From Lama guanicoe (Eukaryota), in assembly GCA_013239625.1 (NCBI GenBank), contig MU053472.1, positions 2,391,822 through 2,455,821 of the forward strand: a DNA stretch of 64,000 nucleotides, written 5' to 3'. Position numbers and translations under genes: made by a program. Positions 12,061 through 26,424 of the stretch are shown piece after piece. Each line of letters starts with the position of its first letter. Position 1 is the stretch's first letter. The notes below the pieces were generated by a model that had not been told where the DNA came from, did no database searches, and saw only the letters and a program-made list of their open reading frames with translations.

Positions 12061-14000
12061 CTGGTGAGAAAATAATCATATGTTTAAAAACCACTGTATC
12101 ATAACTGAAACCTGTAGCCATCCAGGCCCTTCTGTCTTAGAAAGATATATTTAGGAAAAAATTAAAAAATTGGTATAAATGAACTTGGAAAAATTAAAAA
12201 CTATAGAACTCTAACCTATTATTATGTCTCTGAAATAAATGAAGATAAAACAATAAACACAAAGTAGTTTCAAAAATCTTCAGTTATAATGGAATAATCA
12301 TGGCCTATGAAGTGAAAATTTGAATTAAAAATACCTCAATTATACCACACTAGCGCTTTGACTCTGTGTAAGTCATTGAGCCTCTCTGAACTGTTTCCTC
12401 ATCTGTAAAATAGGAATATAATATCTGTAAAGGAAATGATATGCACCAAAGCAATTTGCAATTGTAACTGGCCCCCAAAATTAAGTCATTGTTCTGTATT
12501 TATCATCATAAAATCTCAATGTGAGATGTCACTTTGAGTTAGACATCAAAACACTATAAAAGTGGTTACTAACCTGACTACACACGAGCATTACTAAGGG
12601 ATATGTCAATATGGAGAGTGTCTGATCTCTTACAGGGAAGATCACGAGTTCACCAACCCCATCTCACACACAGCTTGCCCACTTTTAAATGAGCAGACAG
12701 CCAAGGATCATCAGATTTTTAAAGGATAAGCGTCTACCTTGAAAAAGATTAAAATATACAAACAGAAAGAAAGGAATGCCAAAGAAACAGAATATATAAT
12801 TAATATCCTTAAAGGTTAGAATATCTCATATATGAAACAAGAACAGGAGGCATTTACAGATATTCAGATAAAAGCTCTTAGAAATTAAGACTATAGCAGA
12901 AATATTTTTAATTCAAAGGAAAGATCAGAAGATAACACAGAGGAAATATCCAGCAAATGTATTCAAAAGATAAATTTAAAAATAAAGGAGAAAATATAGA
13001 GTAAGCCTAAGATGTTTAAAAGGGTTTAAAGTTCTTTTTTTTTTTTAAATTCCAGAAAACAGAGGGGGAAACTAAAGATAAAATCCTACACTTAGGCTAA
13101 ATAACAGTCACATGTGAGGGGAAGAATAAAAGTCTTTTCATACATGAAAGTCTCAAAAAAAAAAAAGTTTCCCAAACACCCTTTCTCAGGAAGCAACTTG
13201 GGTGTGAGTTCCACTCACTGAAATAAGGACCTAAACTAAGAAAGAGAAAAACATGGAATCCAACCAAGAGACAAAATCAATTCCAGATGGCTACTGTCTG
13301 TGCATGTCCCAGACTGAAACATAAGGATGAAAAGCTCTGAAAAGGTTTCCAAGAAAAACTGTTACTGCTATGTTACCTGATGTGTTACAACTAACTGTAA
13401 TGTAAATTTCCCTCAATAACAGAGTTGGAGGGTGAATTAGTTATTGATACAAAAAAAAAAACAAAACCCCTGAACAAATGGAAAAGAGGCAAACAGCTCA
13501 GGGTTTTATGTGTGGGGTGGAGAGGGGGGCAGTTGCTTGAGAGAGAAATTGTAATCAAAGAATATCTCATAGATCAACTATAACACTTATGTAATTACAA
13601 TAATGTTGAATGTTTCTCTAACCAGAAATTTTGATATAACTGTGTTGAGAGAAATGGGAGAAGGGAGAGTATGTGTTTAGATAAGTGCTAAATCTTCATC
13701 TTGTGTAGTAGAAAGTCAAAAGATAACCTTTAAATTGGAAAGCCAGGAAATTACAGTATAACTATAAGCATATGATTGAGATATGTGGTGGGATAAAAAT
13801 GCCAGAAGAAAAAATTAACTTATGTGCATTCATTAATTTGATATAAGTAAAAAATCAAATTTAAAAAGCATAAATATTCCTGGACCTACTGAATCAAAAT
13901 CTCAGGGAAGCCCAGTATTTGTTTATAGAGCTAACCAGGTGTTTTGATGCAATCTGTGGACCGGTACAGGCCCATCTGACTAAAGACAAAATAACGAATC

Positions 14001-14180
14001 CAGTGTTCTCTTAAACTTTAATGCACATTAGAATCACCTGGGGAATTCTTAAAAAAATACTAATGCCCGACTCCCACTCACAGATACTCTGATTTAATTG
14101 GCATGGGTTACAAGTTGGGGATCAGGAGTTTCAAAAGCTCTCCAGGTAATTTTAACATGCAGCAAAATTTGGAGACACTG
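14001..14180. mobile_element. MER5A-like hAT-Charlie MITE
   Basis: TIRs CAGTGTTCTC / GGAGACACTG; internal AGAATCACCTGGGGA...CTCTGATTTAATTGG. Confidence 0.8.
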
Positions 14181-14478
14181 CAAAGATGCAAGCCACAATG
14201 GTAACCTAAATCACGATTAGCCACAAATGACTCTACATGAGAACTTACTTTTTAAAAACTTTCTCAAGTTGGAAATATTTTAAGGTATCTTTATGTTTCC
14301 TAAGATAAAGTTTATTCTTTTCCTTAAAGTTATAACTGCTCTTTAATTAGTGGTCTTCAGAAGGGATTTATTTTGTTAAATAGTAAACAATTTTTTCCAA
14401 CATTAAAGTTTAGGTTATTGTAAATAATCACTGCTATACACTCATCTATTATTACACGTAACAATACACTGAAATTAC

Positions 14479-14680
14479 CTTCTAGGCATCACGGTATTGA
14501 GAACCATCCATAGTTTATTGACCGTTTGAAGAATTCGCCGTGGAACTCCTGAATTCAACAGCTGATTCATATTGGATGTTAAAACTTCTGCATATGGTAT
14601 AAGTTCGCTTGCAGAGAGCAGGGTCAAGTGTTCTAGAATCTGCATCACTTGTGTGTGACTCACTGGGACAGCTGAAAATG
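14479..14680 (-). CDS. INTS2: INTS2 exon 18: (A)FSAVPVSHTQVMQ...VMPR(R)
   Basis: tag acceptor, AAG|gtaatt donor. Confidence 0.95.
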
Positions 14681-15130
14681 CTAAAAGGAAAACTTAGTAG
14701 TCAACCTAAATTCTACACAGCTTACCAAATAGGGAGTAATATTGCCCTATCAGGCTACAGGCCAAATAAATAGAGAAAACAATATTGCTTAAAAACAGTA
14801 AAATGTTCAACCCTAGCCATAGTTTCAGGTATACTAAAATTAGGCCCTTAAAAAAAAATTCATGTTAAAGTGCATTTATTTCAGAAAGAACAAAAAACAT
14901 CTCATTTAAAAAATCCCGTTAGTGACAGTGACCCAAAGACAAATGCAGTTTCCTTGGTGATTCACACTGATATTAAAAATTGATTGAAACATGAAAATAT
15001 ACCCAAGTATTGCCTTTGGTAGTAACATTCATTTGAAAAATTCAAACTTCTTGACACCATCCTCTGGGTAGCCTCCTTTGTGGACTGTAAGCACCCAGCA
15101 AATTGCTGTTAGTAAAAAAAATACCTAGAA

Positions 15131-15437
15131 CTGTGCTCCTTCAATAGAGTACTCACTAACCTCTTCTAACAACTAAGCACTTGAACGGTGGCTAGTCCAA
15201 AATGAGATGTAAGTGTGAAATAACATACCACATTGCAAAGGGTTAGTAGGGAAAAACTGTAAAATATCTCACTAATAGTTTTTTTATGTTGACTACATGA
15301 TGAAATATCAGATATATTAGGTTATATAAAATAATTATTAAAATTGTGCCCTTTTTTTACTTTTTTAATGTGGCAATATATAGAAAGTTTAAAATTATGT
15401 GTGTGGCTCACATCACATTTCTATTTGAGAGTGCAGC
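15131..15437. mobile_element. MER33/MER3-like hAT-Charlie element
   Basis: GTGGCTAGTCCAAAATGAGATG...GTGGCTCACATCACATTTCTATT. Confidence 0.65.
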
Positions 15438-15644
15438 TCTAGAACATTATCAACAGTAAATACACTGTTCTATTCTGTGATACTTATTTCTGACCAGTTT
15501 TATAAACTCAAAGAGAATTACTTTAAATATATTCACCAAAACATTACTATATTCCCAGGAAAATTCTGCATGATCTTAAGATTTCAATGAGCCTAACAAC
15601 TCTCTGTACCACTAAAGGTGTAAAAGGGTGCCAACTTACTATAC

Positions 15645-15809
15645 CTTCTTGAAGTTGTTTAGGAGAGTGGTTTTTGGCATTATTAGTCAGGAGCATTCGC
15701 CTTAACAGGGCATCAGTCCCTGTGATTTCTTCTTCACAGATCCAGTCATCCACGATGCATAAATGTGGGTAGTTAGTTGCAAGGAGACGCAGTAAAGCAG
15801 AATGTAACC
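15645..15809 (-). CDS. INTS2: INTS2 exon 17: (G)LHSALLRLL...PKQLQE
   Basis: aag acceptor, AAG|gtatag donor; phase fits. Confidence 0.93.
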
Positions 15810-17812
15810 CTTGAAAAGTTACAAGAAACCAAATGGATTCTTCGTTCTCAAACTCCAAAAATCTTCTCTCTCCTCTTCCCCGTCTCTTCTCTCCCTTTCA
15901 TTTTCAGCAAGCCAAAGAAATCTGCACTTCTTACACATGTATATATACTACAGCTTGAATTTTTGTTCAGTCGTACAGCCAAAGAATCTGCTTAAAGATT
16001 CTGATGTGATCTGATACACAGGAAGCTGGAAACCACTACTTTTATCAAAAGTTCTCCAGCTTTCTTCCACCCTATCCCAGCATAAAAGTCTCCCACCAGG
16101 AAAAGTTTGACAGAGCAGTAGTTCAAGAGTTGAGTGGGGAGGAAAGAAAAAGAAGGTAAAGGAATGTTCATTTGGGGGAGATCATATAAGGTTTGAAAAG
16201 GGCCTCACTCAGAAATTCTGATAGGTTTCTGCAGAACGTGGCCTCTCCTCCAACCCAGCTGAGAATCATTGCTCTACATGGGTAATATTAAAGTTGCCCA
16301 CCTTGAGTGCCTCAATGTATACTTTACATACATTTTCTCATTTCACCCTAACATTCCTACAAGGTAAGCAGGGAATACAAGCCTGTAAGGAAACAGGCTG
16401 AAACGTATTTAGTAAGGTTCCCGACATCACACAGCTAAGAATGTCAGCCACTCAAGCAGTACTGATGATACCCACAAGAGGGTGCACTTGTCTTCTTTCA
16501 AGAAGGGTTAAGGACGCTCAACACTGACTGAATCAAAATCTTGTTGCTAACCTTTGGCTTATAGCATAGTTTAACTATTCATGACTATTACTGCATAATA
16601 TGAATAACGAAAAAATAAATGATGAGACTGTAAAAATGCCTGTTTAGACATGATACCCCACTATATTAAGTGTTTGGCACATAAATACCTAATGTTGTTA
16701 CTATACAATTTTTATCAACATTCTTCAGAGATGGAAGAGTTAATAATAAGAGTATTAGTAGTAATAAAAGTACTTTAAATCCAATCAGCCCCTTATGATG
16801 AAACTTAGATCAAATCATACCACTGCTTAGTCCCAACAGGGATAAGTACGTGCTTCCTTTCTCATAGAAACTGCTTAAAATGTTTCTGTTTGAAAAGACA
16901 CTCTAACAATTAAAAGTGGTATTATTTTAAGGTTTAGATGCACAAGTCTATGCACTGTCAAGACTACCCCAAATCAGTCACAAAAATGACTGCTTACAGT
17001 AGTGCAAATTAATCTACATTTCATAATTTATTCAATAAAACATGTTAGTTGCTAAATGCTGCCAAATATAACATCATTTCTCTGGAAAGAGATTATGCAA
17101 AGATATAAGTAAATAAATGCAGACATCTGGCTAAATATGACCAAACAAAGCTCACGTTCATTTCTGAAGCCAACTATAATAAATGAAAAGAAAATTCCAA
17201 CTTCAAAAACAAACCAAAACACACACATTCAAACATCATAAAAAGGTGTTAAATTAAGAAAAATTTGATTTTCAAAAAATATTACTATATTTCTATTTGA
17301 CGGTTTCACAGTAAAAATATTACAGTAATTACATACTATAGAATGTAATGGAGGAATTAAAAACTGTAAGGTAGATTCAAAAAAAACGAGGTAAGACCTA
17401 CATGAAAAGATTTCCAAGACTCCAAAAGAAAAAAGCAAGTCACAGAAGAGATGGGTTTTAATACCATTTAGGGTTTTAAAAAAGGATTTTTTTTTTTTAC
17501 TCGTGTGTGTATCTATTAGTTCCAACCATATGGAAACTGCATTTTTGTAGGTCAGAAATACTTAAATACTTGTAATTTCACACTGTTCAACCCGTAGAAA
17601 AGAATGTCTGAACTTTCACACCAAAATAAAATAGCTGAGGTCTTTGGGGTGGGGAGCGGTTTGCAGCGAGTAAGACAGTGAGGGAGACAAAGAGGAATTT
17701 CACTCTTAAACTGGGTTTTTAGCAGTGAGCACCTATCACACTCTGTAACATTATAATCAGTAGTATTTTTTAGCAATAAACATTAGCAGTAAAAAGCATA
17801 TAAAACAAATAC

Positions 17813-17917
17813 CTCCCAGCTCCTGCTGCAGCCCTTGAGCCTGTCGAATGAGGAATTTGATGGGAATCTGATCCATTAAAGAAGATGAATATGATTTGGG
17901 CTTTCTTTGCATGGCAG
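17813..17917 (-). CDS. INTS2: INTS2 exon 16: (A)AMQRKPKSY...QQELG
   Basis: cag acceptor, GAG|gtattt donor. Confidence 0.95.
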
Positions 17918-18477
17918 CTGTCAAAGACACAAAGGATAAGATAAAAGAGTCAGAAAAACAGAAAACTTAACCTTCAAAAGGGAACAAAAACAATGTCCAA
18001 TTACTTTTAATTCACTGTATCTGTGACTATAGCTCACAAAAGACAAAGAATAAAGACCCAAATGGTGAATACACAGGAAGAGCAAGAACATACTTAAGGG
18101 CATGATCTGGAAAATGCCCCAGAACTGAAACTAGTGGGGAGAAAATCATGAGTGAGAGAAGCCACCTGCAGAAGTGCCCCACACTGGGAGGGGGAGGGGG
18201 GAATAAAATTAAGACAAGACTCTCCCAAACCCAGTTAGGAAGCCCCAATGCAGTCATGACCACATAGCTTAAACCCTCAACAGCTTTTTATTTAATCATA
18301 TTATATTACATTAGTGACTGACTCTTTCTGATGAAAGTTGGGAAATATGAATGACTTCCTTCTCTCACAACTTCTACCTCCAGCTAGCTAACAGGCCCAT
18401 CCTGTTGTGTTTCTTTTTTCCCCAAATAAATCTATCTTAACGTCTGTTCTTTTTTTGCTATCCTAATTCACCCCTGT

Positions 18478-18850
18478 GTTCACTGCCATGTTATTTACAA
18501 TAACCAGGATATGGAAACAATCTAAGTGTCCATCAATGGATGGAAGGATAAAGAAAATGTGAGACACACACACACACCACATACACATACAATGGAATAT
18601 TATTCAGCCATTAAAAAGAATGCAGTCTTGCCACTCACAACAACATGAACAGAACTGGAGGTCATAATGCTAAGTATTTTAAAATAAGCCAGACAGAGAA
18701 AGACAAATACCATATAATCTCTTTCATATGCAGAATTGTAAAAAAAAAATTTTTAAACCACACAACTCATAGATACAGAGAACTGACTGGTGGCTGCCAG
18801 AGAGACAGGGGATGAAGGGTGGAAGAAGTGGATGAAGAGAGTCAAAAGGC
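18478..18850 (+). mobile_element. L1MA/MB-type 3' fragment
   Basis: AAGTGTCCATCAATGGATG...ATGGAATATTATTCAGCCATTAAAAAG...GAAAGACAAATACC hallmark L1 3' motifs. Confidence 0.8.
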
Positions 18851-19134
18851 AAAAAGAGAAAAGAAAAAAGAGGAAAAAAGAAATTCAATACTAAAAACCA
18901 ATTTGAAACCACAGCTCTGTGACCTTCATGGATATAAAATAACATTATTGTTTGTACAAAATAACATTAAAGAGGAAAAACGGAATTAAAAAATTATATT
19001 TCTAAGATAAATAGATTGACTATAACTATGTAAAATGCTTATTTGTACAATTAGTAAAGATAGATTATTCTGAATAACCAAAATGGCTTAATATTAAAAA
19101 TATATGTGTGTAAGTTCCAGTGATAGCCAAATCC

Positions 19135-19330
19135 TGATTCCAACACATACAACTAAGGGAAGTCACTTCACTTCCCCGTGCTTCAGTGTTCTCACCTGTA
19201 CTATTAAGATAACAACAGTACCTTTTCTCACAGAATTGTTGTAAGGATTTACATGAGTTAACACATGTAAAGTCCTTCAAGTAGTGTCTGGCACGTAACA
19301 AATACTCAAAGTGTTAGCCAGCATTATTAA
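19135..19330 (+). mobile_element. MIR SINE
   Basis: GTTGTAAGGATTTACATGAGTTAACACATGTAAAG...GTCTGGCACG. Confidence 0.75.
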
Positions 19331-19739
19331 GATCTGAAGTCCCCAAGATAAGCTTAGGGTAAAGTATCGTTATTTAAGTTTCTAGATCTATGAAATTGAA
19401 GACAAAATCCTGATCACATTCTAATGATTCCATCAAAGAACTAGCAGCCGATGAGGCCCTGCTGAAAGAAATTACTTCTTTAACATCCCTGAAATACATC
19501 AAGGATATCTCAATCTTTCATTAAAAAACTCAACTATAATTTGAAAGGCCTAGGAGGTGGTCATTGATTTTTATATACGCAACATGAGCCATTACATTTC
19601 CAATTTTCTTCCAATGTATGGCTTTCAAAGATTCACATCTAACCTTTAACCTCATCCTCAACAAAACTGTGGAAGTATTTTGAATACTATTTACATTGCC
19701 CCTAGTTTTTGTGACATTTTAATCCTTAAAACAATCCTA

Positions 19740-21600
19740 TGAAAAACTAATTCACTTCGGAAATTTCTGTAAACTTGATCCAAAACCAAAAAAAAAAAAA
19801 AACAAAAAGGGGGAGGGAGAAGAAATGAAAAGAAAAAGAAAAGGAAAAAAAGGTCAATTTCACTTGTTTAAAAACAGACAGAAAAAAATCTTATTGAAAA
19901 GAAAGGTAAATCAAATCTAGCACTAAAATGCTAAAAGTGGAACATACCCAGAGCAAGTAGGGTCAATTCCAGAAATATAAAGATATTAATTATTGAATGA
20001 ATTATATAAGTAAACCAAACAAATTATCATAACTGCCCGAAAAGTTTTACTTACTAAACATTTTTTTAAAAAGAGACTCCAAGAAATTCAGAGACTGACT
20101 AATCCAAACTAAATGTCAATGCCTTTCCTGTAACCAGTGTAACTTAAGAAAAAATTATACAGAATCTATATAAAGTAAAATTTTAATGACAGACATAAAA
20201 ATAAAACTTGAATAAATTGATTAATTCAAAACCATTTATTAAGTGATTACTATGTATCAAGTAATATTCTAGATCCTAGCTATGGTAGCAAAAAAACAGA
20301 CAAAATCAGCCTTCGTGAAGCTTACATTTTAATAATTTAAGGAAAAAATTATTTCATATTCCTAGGTGGAAATACAGTTTTGTAAAGATGTAAACTCTCT
20401 CCAAACTAATCTTTAAGCTTAACATAATTCTGACCAAAATTTCAATATAATTTTCTTCTTTGGAATCTGACAGAATTATTATAAACTTCATGTAAAAGAT
20501 TAAATATGTGAAAATGGACAGAAACACTGAACAAGAACAATAATGGTGAAAGGGACTGGAATTGTCAGACCCAAAAAAGAAAATCCAAAACCAGATATAG
20601 CTTTGTAATAAAACTTCAATATACGTCAGAGCAACTTCCCAAAGCAACAGGAAAATAACAGATTATTCACTATGTGGTGCTGACAAATAACCAATTACAA
20701 AAAAATTAAAACTAGATCTGTACCTCATACTTGACGCTAAAATTAATTAAAGGGATAAATAAATTTTAAAAATGAAATTAAAGGGTCCTAAAAGAAAATA
20801 TAGGTGATTAGTTACATAATGTTAGTACCTAGCTTTGAAAAAGTTTCCTCTCCATAAAATTACATAATTAAAAAAACACCATAAACAAACAATAACACTC
20901 AGTACTACAAAAAAAACCGGCATGCACATCTTAACACAAATGTCTTACACAAAATGTCTGTAACGGTGTAACTCATCCGGAAAGCAACATGGCAATTCAT
21001 TTCTTAAATCTTACGATTTTTCAAAACCTTTGATTTAGTTCTACATGTAGGACTCTGTCCTAAGGATAGACATAATTATACCTGTACACAGAGTTAGCTA
21101 AAGGATATTCATTCCTCCACTGTTTACAGTGGCAAAATCTGGAAATGATTTAAATGTCCAGCAACGAGGAATTTGTTAATTAATGGTACATATTTATGAA
21201 GGTACAGTATACAACTATTAAAAATCATGTTTTACAAATATATGTATATATATGCATGATTGGGACAATTGTGCTGTACACCAGAAATTGAAACATTATA
21301 ATTGACCATACTTCAATTTAAAAAAAAATAAAAAAAATTTTTAAATCGTTTTAGAAAAGAATTTACTCTAATAGGCAAAAATTTTAAATGTATTATTAAC
21401 TAAAAAGGGTGGGTTAAAAACATATTATGATTCCAACTTTGTGAAAGCTATCATATATGCAAAGACTGAAAGGTTTTCTAGCAAAATTCTCTGGTAAATA
21501 TTTCTGGGTATTACAATTATGGGTGGTTTATACATTGGTCTTTGTACTTTTCTCATTTGCTAAATTTTCTCCAGTAAACACACGTTTAATAAATGTTCTT
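19740..21600 (+). mobile_element. Ancient L1ME-type remnants
   Basis: Degenerate L1 ORF2/3' motifs (ACTAGATCTGTACCTCATAC, AAATGTCCAGCAA); approximate. Confidence 0.5.
21240..21340 (+). mobile_element. Short L1 3' terminus inserted in older L1M sequence
   Basis: TGTGCTGTACACCAGAAATTG...CTTCAATTTAAAAAAAA, similar to the end of the 23341 element. Confidence 0.6.
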
Positions 21601-21779
21601 ATTTTTAAAACTGGTTCTTTCGCTTTAAGTAGGACATGTACACAATTAGGTAAATAATGAAGGAAGTTTAGCTGTGGAAGAGCAAATTCTCTCATGTTGT
21701 GACATATCCTACAGTTACTTTTTCCCTTTGGAGATAAGAAACCAGACTGGGAAAAAATCTAAACCATCAGAAAAAATTC

Positions 21780-22660
21780 TCCAAGGCAAGGCCAACCCGT
21801 CTATTTGTCTTCCACATCCTGTGTCCTCTCACCTATCAAGGACAGCCCTTCAGGGATTCTCTCACCATCCTTCCCTCTCTACTAGATTACTCCCAACAGC
21901 TGAGAAACATTCTCCTACCTCTTTCACCTTAAAAAGAGTCCTATCCTGACCTCATTTTCCTCTCCAATTACCACATCATTTGTCTCCTTCTCTTTACAGC
22001 TCCTCAAAAGAGCTGTCTGTATTCACTGTCTCCAGTATATCTCCTCTAAAATTCACTACAATCAGGCTTTCATCCTAGGGGGGAAGAAAAGTAGTAACTT
22101 TAGCAGTAAAACTGTAAAAGTCAAAGAACCCCCAGTGAGCTATATGTGGCAATCAGCTGAACCTCAGTCCCAACCTTACTTGACCTATCAACATCATTTG
22201 ACGTCGGTGATCTCTCTGTTCTCTTTGAAACATGCTTCCCTTGGCATCCAGGACATCATATCCTCCTGAGTCTCCTCCCACGCCTTCCCCCTTGGTGATC
22301 TTACTCAATGTCATGATTTTTAAACATCATATATATGCTGAAGAATCTCTAAGCTTCAGTCCAGGTTTATCCCCGCTAAATTCCAGGCCAGTATATACAA
22401 TTGTTTCCTTAACATCCCCACTTGCAAGTCTATCACACACCTCAAACTTAGTATGTCCAAAACCAGCTCCTGATGCCTCACAGACCTGGTCATTTATTTC
22501 AGTTGATAGACATTCTATGGCTCAGGTCAAAAGCCTACACACCAGCCTTGGCTCCTGTCTCTCAAACCTCATGAATCCATCTCAGCTCTACCTTCAATAT
22601 GTATATACACTGCTACCAGCCCGAACCACCACCATCTTTTGCCTAAAACTTAGAAAAGCC
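21780..22660 (+). mobile_element. L2 LINE remnants
   Basis: Pyrimidine-rich L2-type motifs (CAATCAGGCTTTCATCC, CTCAAACTTAGTATGTCCAAAAC); approximate. Confidence 0.6.
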
Positions 22661-23340
22661 TAATAACTTTCCTCTAATTCCCTAGTTCCTTTTCCAAGAC
22701 CCAGCCTAGGCTGAGTTGTACACCTAAACTAAAATTTTCAACTTTCCAACTGAGACCAATCAGATTATTGGCATAAGCAGCAGCGGTTTCACAGGAACAC
22801 AGCACTGAAGTGAGCATGTCATTGGGGGCTGGGATACATAATCTTTAAAGATTCATCCAGTCCTAAAAAGTTCTGCAATGGTATATACACAAAAGTTGGC
22901 TGTAGTAGTCTCTGTACTTTTCTGTATTAAAAAAACATTTTTTTTGCTAGACATTAATTTAAATAAAAATTAAGGGTGTATGATTGGTTCCCTGCTACAG
23001 TACTAATGGTCTGAGTTCTCCCCAGAATACCTCCTTATAATTCATTCCACTACTATTAAATCACAAGTGTCACATTCCTTAACAGAATTCATTATAGGTG
23101 GATAAAAGTAGCAGACTATTATCTAACACTTATTATTATGCCATCTTATTCCTAATATGACAAAGACTATAATTACAGTAGTGGGATATTATCTCTATAA
23201 TCCTAACAACTGTAGTCAAGAAAGAAGGCAGCTGAGAAATTCACAGTGTATTTAAAACACACTTCAGATAAATAAAAGAAGCTGATCTGTCAAACACTGA
23301 AATGTAACTTTAATTTATATCTTTCAAAAAGTAAAAATCA

Positions 23341-23580
23341 GGAGAAGGATGGGAAGGGACAGACTGGGAGCTCGAAATTTGTAGATACTGACAGGCATAT
23401 GTAGAATAGATAAACAAGATTATACTGTACAGAGCACAGGGAAATATATACAAGATCTTGTGGTAGCTCACAGCAAAAAAGAATACGACAACGAATATAT
23501 GTATGTTCATGTATAACTGAAAAATTGTGCTCTATACTGGAAATTGAACAACATTGTCAAATGACTATAGCTCAATAAAA
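23341..23580 (+). mobile_element. 5'-truncated, relatively young L1 3' end
   Basis: L1 3'UTR-type sequence ending AATAAA + poly(A); perfect 15-bp TSD AAAAAGTAAAAATCA 23326-23340 / 23581-23595. Confidence 0.8.
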
Positions 23581-24280
23581 AAAAAGTAAAAATCACTCAG
23601 CTATTGCAAAATAATCACTCTTACAAGAATTCTCCTTGCATTATATACTCAGTGCCTACCAAATTTCTAATGACACTCTTTGCTTTAAATATGGAACTAC
23701 ATACATTAAGCAAGCCTAAAATACAGGTGAATTTTCTTTTTCAAATAGAGGAAAACACACTACTTTATATTGATATCATTTATGCTAAATCTGACCTTCT
23801 GATACTACATGAAGTAGCTAAGTTTGAAAGTTCAGTGATAATTTTAATGGCAAAGGAAACTTCCATTGGTTTTTTTTTTCTGATACTTTGATTAAACTTA
23901 TTCTTTCACTAATGGAAGGAAGAATAGGGCAAAGACTGAAATCAAGCAAAAAAATTTCAGTTACAGTTCCTTCAGGTTTATCTTTTAATTTACATTTTAA
24001 CTAGTAAGGTCACTAAAATTGTTAAAATACAGACAATTCAATTATCTATTAATTCAGCCTGCTAAAAGGAGCACTGAGCCTTAAGGGGCGGTTATGTGCC
24101 CAAATGAACACATATTTATGTACCAGAATACAAAATGCCCACACTGCAAAGACTACAGAATGACGCTGGAACTTGATAGACGATTTGACCTTATTTTTTC
24201 ATATAGCAGCCTGGAAAGTAAGAAAATAAAAGCAAATAAGATGAATTCTCACTAGAAACACTCCCATACGGACAACTTAC

Positions 24281-24389
24281 CTAAAGTCTTTGTGTTTGCT
24301 AGGAGGGCTTCCTCATAAGACAGTATGTAATAAAGTACCAAAAGCTGTGCCGTTATACTGAAACGCTGATTAAGGCGAAGGTTGTCACC
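24281..24389 (-). CDS. INTS2: INTS2 exon 15: GDNLRLNQRF...ANTKTL
   Basis: cag acceptor, TAG|gtaagt donor. Confidence 0.95.
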
Positions 24390-25117
24390 CTGGAGGTAAT
24401 TTTATAAACACTTTAAAATACTATACAATTTCATAAGTGTTTTTATAGTAAAAGCATTCAAAATAGATTATTCAGTGTTGCTGCTCCCAAACTCAGAAAA
24501 CTAGGAAAAATCTTGCTGTGTTTGCATTAAACTCAAAGAAGCAATCTGAAGTCTAAATTAAATCTGAGATGGCGTGGGAGGTGAAAAGCAACATGCTTAA
24601 CAGTCTTTAAGATAGAAAAAAAAAGTCAACAGCAACCCCATCAGGCTACTTCTGAAAAAGGCTTACAGGAGTCCCAAGTATTATCTGAAATCAGCATGAA
24701 GAAAATAACTCCTAAAAAGATATGGTATAGTTAAGCATATTTGGAGAAAAAAGATTTTCTGCAAATTTTCCATAAACAATCTAGGGATAGCTGAGATTCC
24801 CAGGAAGCTAAACAGGCTGTGTTGAACAGGTTAAAATGTCACACAGTCTTTTATTAAACACACAACCTCCAAGACACTCCTTAGACTTTAAAATGGAGCT
24901 TTTAAAATCATTCCTCAAAAAGTGCCTATTTGACAAACTATCTGGAACTAACACCATCCTTTTAATATTTATAGGTGTTCTAAAGAAATTTAATCCCATT
25001 TTAAACTCAGAACCACCTAGAAATAGTTCTCCTCTAACAATCGGGGAAAATATACGGAGTAAGTCAGAAGAATAAAAGAAAAATAAGCTAATAATCATAA
25101 AAGAAGCACTATTTTAC

Positions 25118-25294
25118 CCCAATGACTCCTTGGAAAATATTGAGGATCTCCTGTTCTGTGACTGGCTGATTTGTGGCTTCTGGATTAGATTTAGATGCAG
25201 GAGTAAGTATAGAATTTATGTACACGTCAATCAGAGGAAGTAATTGAGGATGGAGTGGAGTGGAGGTTTCACACAGCTGCCTATAAATCCAGTC
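25118..25294 (-). CDS. INTS2: INTS2 exon 14: DWIYRQLCE...FQGVIG
   Basis: tag acceptor, GGG|gtaaaa donor. Confidence 0.95.
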
Positions 25295-26424
25295 CTAAAA
25301 AAGAAGGTTACAGGCACGAAATCAATTATGGCAATAAGAAAAAGCAAGCAAAATTTCAGAGCACATACAATTTGACATGATTTATGAATCAGTGAAACTC
25401 ACTATTAACTTGCAGCAGTTAATAATAATCTATTACCCAATTTCGTAATTGTCTTTGATTTAAAAATACGAAATACTTTTATATCCTAATCAAGAATATT
25501 GTCCAGTAGAAGATAAATTTACAATGATGAGTCTGGGTTTTATGTTTGGACTATGGGTTTCTAATCTATTAGTTTTTAAGTAGCGCGTAAAACACTCTAA
25601 GTCCCTGCTGTGTCTGTATTTAGAGCACCACACTGTTATCATGTAAGACCCCACAACAGAAAGGAACTTAAGGAGAGGGACAGTTCTTCACGACAAACAC
25701 TCAGATAGATTAAGAAAGTGGCTTTCACAACCACTTACGGGAAACTGTGTCACTTAACTACCTACACAGATAGAGAGGCCAAGAAGAAATGCTAGGTGTA
25801 CATCTGTACTCCTAATTCCTATCTATTTCACTTGCTAAAAATATAAAGCAGAAAATACACTCAAGCTGGAAAATAACTTCACTAAATCATAAAAACAAAT
25901 AAAATTAAATGGGATATATCAATGTATATATTGTTCACGGTTGTTATAAAGAAAATAGCCTCTTGGTAATGATTCAAACAGGTATGTTTCACCTCTTAGG
26001 GGTCAGCCTTTTCTTTAGGGGACCTTTTAACTGTTTGATATGGCCAGTTGCATAACAAATTGAAAATACATCAAAATATGTACAGGTGAAGTGTCAGCTG
26101 TCTTGTGACAAACATACAAATGCTAGTCATGGCTAACCAGCAACTTTCTCAGTTTGGTGAACAAAATCAAGTATAGAAAATGGCGAAATGCTATTATTGA
26201 GAATTTAAAGGGATTAGTACTATTGTACATTTTGTAAATAAATGAACAGTTACACTGTTTCAAAAAATCTGAAATTAAGAGCTTAATCACCATGACTATA
26301 TAAACAGGTAGTAACTAGGCACATTTCACACACAAAATCCACGGTAAAGGTCTACAAACTGAAACAGAACTGGGAAAAGGCATTAACTTTGGTTGCAGCT
26401 TGAAATATCAACGGAAAGTCATAC

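Noticed and set aside
22232..22663. 143-aa plus-strand ORF
   Set aside because: Falls inside an L2 remnant; no splice context or recognisable protein
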